Source of the DNA: Zygnema circumcarinatum SAG 698-1b
Taxonomy: Eukaryota; Plantae; Zygnematophyceae
Direction: 5' to 3'
Assembly (NCBI GenBank): GCA_037447605.1
Contig: CM074813.1
Location: 1,302,001 to 1,366,000 of the forward strand
DNA: 64,000 nt
The first letter of the stretch is position 1; every line of letters starts with the position of its first letter. A program made the translations under genes and the position numbers. Below, one piece after another: positions 35,898 to 48,200 of the stretch. Under the pieces are notes generated by a model. The model was not told where the DNA came from and searched no databases. It saw only the letters and a list, made by a program, of their open reading frames with translations.

Positions 35898-38800
35898 CTA
35901 AGGCTTGGGAGTGATGTTCCTGCGCTCAAGGAAGCTGACCAGCTGCCTGTGTGAACGGATGCTGATGATGTCTTCCCAGAGCGCTCTCCTGCATCACATA
36001 CGCATGGGCCTTAGCATTACCACATCACATTAGCTTAACTCACTGAACGGAGGTAGGGTTGCTGGGGTTGATGGTCAGTTTTCACAAGTAAGCACATACA
36101 TGCTCGTGGGTGGGTCTTCATATTCTTTACATACAAAAGATGTGGTTTTTTCAGGCAAAGAGCAAGTAAGCCGAAGAAAGAAAGAAATGAACCCATTCGG
36201 TGGTGGCGACCCTTCAGCATTTATTGGCAGTCATCATGCTTTAGGTGTAGCCAGCTTTTGATAGTACCTCTTCTCGCTAAAGAGGAGCTCGGAGGTAACA
36301 AAACTTGTCAAGATTGCGAGGCCGATCATTTCCAAGCCGCCTTGCCCTGCAAATAGCAATAGCAGGATGCCACATCAGCTCAAGGAAGTAGATGGGAAGG
36401 ATAAATTCTCTGCAATGGAATAAGCTGCCCATGGTTCATTGTTCATGGTCTGCATGAACCATGGGCCCATGGAGACCCATGGTTCGGGTGTTGCAAAAAC
36501 CCTAACCTGGCCCTAGACATACCCCTCGGCAAAATCGCAATACGCGAGTCAGCGACTCTTTACAAGCTACAAATGCTCTTCAATAAACTTTTGAAAGCCC
36601 TAAGACAAACCAAGCCTAGCTGCACAACACGAGCAAGTACTTTTCCCCTGCAAAAGAAAACCAATGACGGAAAATCGAAGATGAGCAGCAAGTTGCTAGT
36701 CCAAGTTTAGGCACATGTATGGGCTTTTAAACCCACAGCCGTCAAACTTGCTTCTGCATCATGACTTCTGCATCCGGACAGCAGTATAAACAAATGCCCA
36801 TACGTTCAATGGTTCGCATGTTCCTTCAAATGTATACAGTAGCACACAGCCCATTAGTCACTTGTCCGGCCGGGGGAAGGGAGGGGGGGGGGTAGAGGGG
36901 GGGCGATATACATCCTGCAGTGAAGGTGGCCGCAGCTCCAGCTCCAACTGCAGCCACTGCTGGCGTGACACGTGGTACAGCCCTGACATTTTCTCCCATA
37001 TTTACCTGCAGAGGGAGGAAGCAGGGTGACCGTACAAGCTCTTGTTAGTTCTGCACTTACAACATAGAGTCAACCAACATACATCGGCATAGAGCTGATA
37101 AACTACTCGATAGCCCAATGCTGCTGATACAGGTCCAATGGCAACCACTAAATAAAAATCACCGGATAGCGCTTGTAAACAGCAGCAAAGACGCAGTAGG
37201 CATTTCTGCTGTTGCTGTCATTTTTTGTAACTTTCGGAGACAAACCAGCGAATAAGTAAGGCTCGGCTTCTGGACCATCAACAGGGAAAGCTCTTCACCA
37301 GAAGCAGAACCATGCCATGCTACTAAGGAGTCGTACAAAACAAGTGGTAAAAGTGTTGAGTAGAAAAAACGCAAGCTACGAAACTTAAAAAAAGCACGAG
37401 GAGAACGCCAACGAGACAATGGTGATTCAGCTGAGACAGTCTCCCTCAACTGACATTATAACCCATGTTTAAAAAGCCCACAAACTGACCACTCCCGGAT
37501 GTGCAGAAGCTTGCAAAACTCACTGGCCCGAATACTTACTGAGTCAGTTGCTCCTATTGGATCTTCAGGCTCCTCTCGCACTCCCTCCTGCTTCTCAGGA
37601 GCCATCATCTTCTCCAACACCTCTACTGCAAAGGCGGATGACGATTGTGAGGGTGAACTTGTGCCCTCACTTTCACTATCTAACGACGCACCGAGAGGCT
37701 CCTCCAAGAGTATCGGCGGCGTATCAAATGGTGAATCGAAACGAAGGCTGTATGCAGCAGGTTTGCTCAGAGATGCAGTCTGCAGGTTCAGACCGATTGA
37801 AGCTTCTTTCAGCCCACCATTTGAACTCTCCTCACTGCTCTTTGGAGCTGCTTCCTCTGGTTTAGGCACTACTGCTTCCTTCCCTAAGGACGATAAACTC
37901 TGCTCAACTTCAGCATCCTTCACCTTTTCAGATTCAATCGCAGCAGCAAAAGGTCGGACAGCAGGCGGGGATTGAGGACTAGATTCCGCCAAAAAGCCCG
38001 GTGTAGCATATCGAGCCGAATAATATGACAGCGAAGATATCGGAGAAATCTTCGGTTCATCCGGTAAGTCTGGTTTTGGCAAGTCGACATTGAACCCGGG
38101 TGTAGCGTACGTAGCCGGATAATACGACAGGGAAGCCATTGGCTCCTCTGTGTCCAATACTTTAGGCAAGCCAACAGTGGATTTGACTTCCACTTCCCTT
38201 CCTTCAGGTGTCTGCAAGTCGTTTGGCACGTTGACAGCGGTCTTAGACATATCAATGGTTGAGGTTGTGGGTGCCACTGTGTTCTCCTTCAAATCATCTG
38301 CCAAGCCTCCGTCTGGGTTCACTGCAGGAGGTAGGTCAGACCCCCCTCCTGACGAATTTGGAGGAAACCCCTGTTTATCTTTGTGCTCCTTTTTCATGTC
38401 ACGCTTCAGTAGCCCGAAAAGTCCAATAAGCACCAAAAGGACCCCAAGAAGGAGAACTTGAAGGCCAGCTTTGCTCCATGGTCCACTCTTTGGAGAGCTT
38501 GTAGGTGGAGGAGGGGAGCTGCTTGCACCAAACCACTGCTTGCCAGTGAGTGCTTTTGGATGGCTCACAGGAGGTGGAGTTGAGGCTTTGTGGACGACGA
38601 TTCGATCTGCAAGCTCTTTTGGAGCCTCGCCACGCCAAGCTTCTTTGGGGACCTTCAAGAACTTTCCCACCTGAATGGCGTTTACGTCTGCGATCTGGTT
38701 GACTGCTGTCCACTCGCTCACTTTGCTGTTGAACTTGTCTGCCAGCTCACTGAGGGTATCTTTGGCTCTAACTTCTAGAAACACTTCTTCGGAGTCAGCT

Positions 38801-40185
38801 TCAGGTGCAACGGGAACCTGACAAGCAGAAGCAAAGCTCATCGAAGTAGCATCAGAATCAAGCACATGAAGGGACAATTAAGAAGTTAACTGATGTGCAA
38901 GTGCGCTCAATGCATTATTTCTGCCACACGATCTGTCATACTACAAGTAGTTCTTGTGGTCGCCTTAAGAGGAGCTGAATTACCAACAAATAACTTTGGA
39001 AGTAAACAGATCTGATATGAACTGTGCGCAATTGTTTTCTCCGAGATGGGATGTTATTTTGAAGATAAAGAACATAACAGGACGTCAGTCCGGTCACCGC
39101 TGTTGTATACCATCACTCAACACTAGAAATGTACGTGTATAGGTGCCCTCATTCAAATACTTACCTCAACTGCATGACTTGTTCGCACATTTAAAAGGTA
39201 AACCTGCCACTTTTATCCCTGCCCTTCTTAAACCAAATTCTGAATGCACCTTCCTACGGCTGCGGACATCGTTTGGAAAAGAAGCTGAAGGCATTCCTTC
39301 TCCGTTGCTAAGTAAAGCAGCATTGGGGTTGAGAACAATTCATTCTGGTGGATGTGCTATGGGAAAAAAGAGCAAACGAAATAGGATGCTTTCAAGAAAA
39401 AACACCACCTACATTTATTAAAATGCCAATGAATTCACTCTACTAGCGCAAGACCTACTTATTACAAGCAAAGGCTATACTTAGCGACTCCTCCATAGCC
39501 CATATTAAACAGTAGAGAAGGCGGAGTCTGCATTCCCTTCTTCCGCACGAACTCCTCCTGTTTATTTTCTTGATGCAAGCAATGCTAACGTTACAACCAT
39601 TCACCCCTTCTCCAAATTTTCTTGCTGAAACTCTACTCACGCCTTAAGACGAACTTATTCTCGGTACAATGACTCCTTTAAAGCCCATGGTATCCTCATA
39701 AGATAAATATAGAGAAGGAGAGAGGGAAAGAGGAGGGAAGGAGAAGAGACGAAGGGGTCTACCTCACGCCATTTCACCAACAGGATACATTTATAAGGTT
39801 CTGCATGCTCGCAGTGCAGGAGAACTTTCAGGACCTAAAAGATGAATACCTCGCTTTCTGCACGCGGCGCCATTACCCTCGTCCCCTTCGCTGACGGGCG
39901 CTGTCCTCTAGGCTGCAGCAAGTTCCTCTTTAAAGAAGAGCCCATAAAGCTGCCTCTAATAGAAAGCGCCCAAACTTTAATTTTTTTCTGGGATTGCAAC
40001 GTTCTCAGCCGACCGTTCAAGAGCTGTTGCGGAGATAATTGATACTTGGGCAACAATTCCCTGCACCCAGAAACTTGCAGTGATGCAGACCTATTCGCAA
40101 GGGTTGCATTCTGGCAAGCAGACTGTGCTGCAGGCGTTCCAGGAGCCAGCCAATTAACCGACTTGGACACCACTGGCGCCTGCAT
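35898..40185 (-). CDS. Predicted chloroplast protein (~625 aa): transit peptide - LysM - TM - disordered linker - CURT1/CAAD-like hairpin; exons 40185-39850, 38817-37540, 37005-36912, 36346-36268, 35988-35898
   Basis: Four GT-AG introns join in frame (phases 0,0,1,2). Exon 1 is basic, S/A-rich and contains RGSFMGSSL. LysM: LEVRAKDTLSELADKFNSKVSEWTAVNQIADVNAIQVGKFLKVP. TM: GLQVLLLGVLLVLIGLFGLL. C-terminal: GLEMIGLAILTSFVTSELLFSEKRRALWEDI. Confidence 0.8.
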
Positions 40186-42545
40186 CTTTGCAGTTCCCGA
40201 TACGAGAAAGGCTTCCAAATGCACAAATTACTTCAGAATTGATCAATTTTTCAATTCCTAGCTTTAGCTCCGCCAGACTATTGCCCCTGAAAACAGAATC
40301 TACCCTCCCTCCTGCAATTACTGGAATGCAGGTGTCTACAGAAGCCTTCCCTTAGAGAGGGAGGACGAGGGAGAAGGCCAATGGCTCGAGTTCAAGGACG
40401 ATTGTCAGGTCCACATGGAAAATTCAACTCGAGGACGATATCTGAAACCGACGGAGCCGATCCACTTTTGCGCCAATCAGCGGCCAGAAAGTGCGGATCG
40501 GCCGTCAGCGATCAACCAAGAGCCGGCGACCTAGATCAACAGATGGATCGCGAGATATTAACCAGCAGGTAGATCCGACGATATTTCAGCAAGGTGGATC
40601 CCCATCGGACCGTTGGTCGGCGTTGACCCTCGCGGCCGCTGATTGGCCGCCTTGAGCATTTTTTGGATCAGCCTAGAGGCATGTCGTTACGTGACGCGAC
40701 AGAACGTCACGCCGCTCCTAGTCCTCGGGTGGTTGCGAGTTGTGCTCGCGCGAGATGGCTCAAAGCCGGAGAGGGGAAAGAATTTCAAAGGAATAATGCT
40801 GCGCCAGTGAATGGAATTAGAGTCACAAAGGCTGCCTTGTAGGGTATCATGTGTTGTTGTGGGACTGCCCATGACTACGAAACGAAACGACTGCTTGACA
40901 ATGACGACAATCGAGTGGTTCCACATGCAATTCTCGCATAGTCGTTTCGGTATGGTCTGAGCCTACAGTCTGCAGGAGGTCAAACACCCGTTTATACCTC
41001 GTCTGCATGAGGCTTCTGTCGACTAAACATGTCAAACGCCTGCTACAACGAGTGCTGGTGACAATGAGAGGGCTGACCTTTATTTACAACCACGTGAACC
41101 ATCAACCATCCGATTGATGGTTCTGAACATAGTGAGCATTAAGCTCACTGTCTTATGCATTGACCATTACTACGAAGCACGTGTGCTTTTAGAAAATTTT
41201 CTAACAAAACGAGGGCTGTAGACCCACAATACCCGCGAACTGCATGCCCGTAGTCGATACAACAGCCCAAATGGGCTGTACTCCATATTCCATGGCCCAA
41301 CATGCATACTCCACAAGATGATTTTCATACATGTACGCGCTTATAGTTTCAATAGAAGACCAAGGGCAGAGGGTAGATGTATGTTTCACACAAACAACCG
41401 TTGACCTCCGTTCCGTTTGAATATTTGAAAGTTATGGAGGACATCGGTATGGAGTGGAGAGATAGGGGGTATTGACTTAGGGGGTCCTGCTGTACAGATT
41501 GCAGAATCACTGGGCAGGCAGCACATTGTAACGAACTGGCGGGCTATCCACAAGTGAGAGATAGCAAGAAAACGTTGCCCTCAAGGACCCACATGGCCCA
41601 AATGAAATCTCATGAGGTTGGTATGACTGCAGCAGTCTGCATGCCTTCGCTATATTGCCTTTGAGCTTCAGGAGGCAAGCTAATGTTTTGTTCCCACGTG
41701 TATGGCGACTATGGGAAACCGACGATACTGATGCCCTGTGTGCATCACCCAACTACTGTGACGGAAGTTTCATCAATAGTGTTGGATCCAGTAAATCGAC
41801 ACCAGCACTCAAGACACGCTAAGGAACGGGCAGGGTTGGACAGGTAAGATTCCCAACTGAGGCTTGCTGGGCACTGGCAAGATTCTCATTGTGTCTGTTA
41901 GTCCTCGTCATGTCATCGACTAGCGGAATGAACTCGCTGTGACCCTGTGATTCTTGCTGATAAGCAGTGGATACGCAAGGAAAGACACAAAATTACAAAT
42001 ACCTAGCCAGAGATTAGTCCTGGCATGACCATGCAAATGCCCCGACCATTTACAAGGGAGAAAAAACACTACTGGGTATCACCAGTTGAATAGTACTTCA
42101 TGTTATGTATAAAACAAGGTATTGTGTGTGGTTACTCCGTGACTCTAGTAATCCCTCCACGAACCTACAAGGGCATTAGTTTAGCTGCACTTCCCCCATA
42201 ACATTTTTTTGCTCCTGCCCTTACAATGCCAATTCTAGCCTATGAGTCGATGCAATGAGCAGAACCAACCTCCGGAACATTTTCTCACCAGCCCTGACAA
42301 AAGACTTGTCCACTTTTTGAAAAGTGAAAAACACAATTCTTTTTGCTGCAATATTCAATATTTGATCAACTCAACCTCTTCGTACTCATAAGAAGAGACC
42401 CAGAAACCTCACTCTTTCTGGTCGTGGCGCACACATCAACACGTAGACTATAAATGAGCACCATGAACCACGACGCATGTCTGCTTCCATTCCGTCCCTG
42501 AAACGATTCAATTGTCTTTCCTATCCACATTTTTTCTTGCCGGGA

Positions 42546-44304
<1,759 letters not shown>

Positions 44305-44914
44305 ATCTGCAAACCGAGCAAAGTTTCCAGGCCTGCAACGAGAGTTCAGGCAGACATGGAGTCTTGGAAGGGTGAAAACTTTCGCCTTTCTGCAGCAGGG
44401 ACCATACGGAAGCTTCGTGACACCCTCCCTCCCTTTTCGGGAGCGCCACGTGTGACCCCAGTTCCAAACCTGCAGGAAACCTTTAGTTTGATGACGTCAT
44501 TTAGTTGTAAAGTGAGGCGTAGAACATGAGCGAGACCTGCGCGGAATGGACGGCGTTCCCTATTAAAAAATGAGGCATTTTTTGTCGTTTAGGGACTCAA
44601 AAAAACAGATGACGCCATCCGAGAAACTGAGAAATTCAGAGGCAGTCGGAGCTCTCCGCCGGCGAGTGTGAACGGACGTTCGTTCACTTTAATAAGTTAA
44701 ACTGGGAAGTCGAAACAGATGTGACTTTATGGCGCTACATCCGCCCCTTAAAGTAACGCATAACCAGTAGTTTGCCCACGTGGCTCTCGGTGACTGGTTG
44801 TAAGGGACAAATTACTTTGCCCTGAACTAAGCCTCGCCAACGTAATAGCGTTGAACAAGAAATATAACTGGACGGTAACTATAACAGCGTCATGGAGAGG
44901 AGTGGGTGTCCGTC

Positions 44915-44965
44915 TTTCCCGCCCGAATGGTATTCTGAAAATGAGGGCCCAGACTGCTTTCCCGC
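44915..44965 (+). promoter_or_regulatory. Two E2F sites upstream of POLD1
   Basis: TTTCCCGC at 44915-44922 and 44958-44965. Confidence 0.75.
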
Positions 44966-45200
44966 GCTCACCAGCTGTTTGGCAGCGCAGGCACAGCCTT
45001 GAATGCTATCAGTAATAATGTCTGGTGCGTAAGGGCAATTTGACCCATTGAAGGTTCATTCGGGCCCGCATCTGTTGGCGTCCTTTGTTGTGGCTTCCTT
45101 TATTGTTGGTGACTGCAGCTCTTTTTTTTTTACAAGTAGCAACATACAACTTGTTTGCTTTATCGAGTTTTCCTTCCAAGCAATCTTCGAGAAACAAGTC

Positions 45201-48200
45201 ATGGATACTGCCAAGCGAAGGTTTCCAGGATCGTCTCCACCACCTGCGAAGCGTGTCAACGATGGAGGAGTGAAAGGGCCGATTGGAGGGTATGGAGGCC
45301 CTGATTTGGACGAAGATGTGGAAGAGGAAGAGGAGCTTTACGACGAAGATGTGTATTATGAAAATGCGCTGTTGCGCGGGGTAGAAGCTGACAGTCTGGG
45401 TATCGAATCTGTCGCGAAGACACTCCAGAATTGGAGTAGACCCCCGGTGGAAGAATTTGACTATGCAACGACGCCAATAGGTGATGTCCTTTTCGAACGA
45501 AACAGAAACAGGGTGTAAATCTAATTTGGCCATTCTTCGAATTCAGAACGTCTACAGAGAAAGATGAGGTGGATGACGCAAAGCTAAATAGTAGTATACT
45601 ATAGTTTTAGCTTAAGCTGCAAGAACGTAAAATCAAACGTAAAATTTGACCATCACGAGAAGCAGCTAGAAACACTGATCAATTTGGCCGAGCCATTTTG
45701 AACGATACCAAACCACTCCTTCTCACTGGGACCTGCATGCCATCACCTCCGAATAAAAGACATACCTTGTCTACAGAGGCAGCAACTTAAATTTATATGA
45801 TTTTGAAGGTCAAGCTGTTTGAGCTTTAGTACAAATGTTTGAAAGAACACCGATCAGATGGATAAGCTAGAGCTAAGCTACGTCTAGGCAAATTCATTTG
45901 AACAAGACTATCTAGCAGTTTGAATTCACGTTCTCAGCAAAGCATATACCTTTTGTGAAAGTTTTAGTTTTCGCCAATCGGCTTAAGCAAGTAAGCTTGC
46001 TGCTTTCTTGCGCAACAAACATGTGGGAAGCGTGGTTCGAGTCTTTGATGCGGCCTTTGGTTGGAGAAGTAGTAGCAGATGGACTGCAGCTCTCCAGTTT
46101 GTCGCTGGTGGTGGCACCCGTGACTCATATACATGCACCATAGTCACGCCCGAAAGCAAAACATGAGGGATGTTTTTGATATTGACGGCCACAAATTGGA
46201 AGTCATGTGGGTCACTTGCATTACAGCCATCGTGGTTTGGTCCATTCTACTGAGCAGAGCCAGCATATGAGCGCAGCTTTGGATGAGCAAACGACTTCAA
46301 AAGCACTATTTCCTGTGAAGAAGATTTCTTATGGGGTTGGCTGAATGAAGAATCTGCATTGTTCCATAGAGCGGCTGTTTGTCTTGCTTGAGTAATGACC
46401 CTGGTTTCTAAAACTGGCCGTAAATAAGAGCACACGATCAAGGAAAGGAGCAGTCAGAAGGAAAAAGCAGGCTTGTGGCTCCGCCTAAACCAGCACTTTT
46501 GTTTTGTTCATGGTTGTCGTTTGCAGTTTTCCAGCAACTGGAAATTGACTATGTAATCGGGAAGAGCTCCAATTTGCTTCCAAAGAGAACAACCCCTTCT
46601 GCTATTCTGCGCATCTTTGGTGTGACAGAAAAAGGTGCGCACCTTGCAGCAAGGATGTAAAGAGTTTAGGAATTTGACCAACCATAAGACTGCCGTGTAG
46701 CTTTTCCATTCGCGTTTGCATAGTCCTTGTTGCCTAAGTGAACGAGTTAGTGCCTGTCATGGTGGGACATAATCATTCCATGTGATGTTGATAAGTTCAT
46801 AAGATGATACCTGTTATATTGAGGCAGACCTGTGAAGGGTAATAGGATTAGATGTTTGTGCATGCGTGTTGATGTGCATTTTGGACGATTGATTGCCGTA
46901 GTGCTTGTCCATAGTACGGAACAATTCAATCAACTCGGAATGATCAGCTCAAAATTTTGAAGTAGAATACATGTTAACAAACTCGATTGCTTTGTTCTCA
47001 GCATGACGGAGCACAAATTATTTGCTAACAAGTGTGCTCATTTTTTCCTTGTCAAGCTCCTAGTCATCACTGTGTATCGCTAAGGTGCGCATGCACGGTG
47101 CACGATGAGTGAATGTTATTAAACACATGACGACTCTGCTATGTACACCTTTTGCGTCACCTCGTTCATGCAATTTTTTTTTCTGATAGTTTCCAGCACA
47201 AACCGGATATTGGAGCAGGAAATAGCGTCTGCGTGCTAGTGCATGGATTTGAACCATACTTCTATGTTCGAGCTCCTGCTTACTGCAACCCTGATGATGT
47301 GGACACGTTTCGCCGTGCACTCGAGGTATGCTTCTGGGCTTCATAGCCAGCGTGCCTTTTTGTTATCTATTATCATTGGTCGCAAGAAAATAAAGACAGC
47401 CTGCGTTTACTCTCGCCGTACTTTCTATGTAGTTTATCTGTACGGTGAAAGAATTAAAGTTAAAGGACACCTTGTCATGTGGGGAAGGCTCTGTACAGGC
47501 GGCTATGAGTCAGGCTTCGAAGGGACAAAACAATGGAAAATTTGTTACAAATGTGGAGCTTGTGGATCGCCAGAGTGTCATGAATTATCAAGCTGAAAAA
47601 ACTGCTAACTTCTTCAAAATCACCATGGCCCTGCCATCAATGGTCGCTACTTGCCGAGGTTGGCTCCTCACTTTCTGCATTCATTGGCTACATTGGCATC
47701 CAGCGGCGCTGTTTGGTCAATTTGCACAAGATGGACGTATGTTTGCAGTGGACAAAGATGAGGTGGATAACACAGCAGGCTCAACAGTTGCTTGGTTTTT
47801 ATTCTTAGGAAGTAAGTAGTAGGAACTACTAATTAAGTAGGAACTAGGCCAAGCTGGAAGAAGTGGAAGGAGAATGAAAGGGAGTGGACGATTGCACAAT
47901 GCTGATAGTGGCTCATAAGACCACCTGATTAAGGTTATAGTTGACAGGAGTCGGGATTGAGAATATCCTGGCTGCTGGATGCTTTATTCGCAGGTATTTT
48001 GGAGAGAGGTTTTCCCTGGGGTAACCACATGGGCATTCCACAAGTTACCTATGAGAGCAATGTGGTATTCGCTCTGCGGTTTATGATTGATAACAGTATT
48101 TCTGGCGGCAACTGGATAGAGCTCCCTCCGGGATCATATAGCCGTCCAGAAAAGCCCATTTCGTGGTGTCAGCTGGAATTCGACATCTTGTATCCCCTCC

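Noticed and set aside
41490-41850. Exon-like stretches, including a short resemblance to the Rab7 last exon (ACACTATTGATG)
   Set aside because: 12-nt match only; no in-frame acceptor or prenylation motif; no homology recognised
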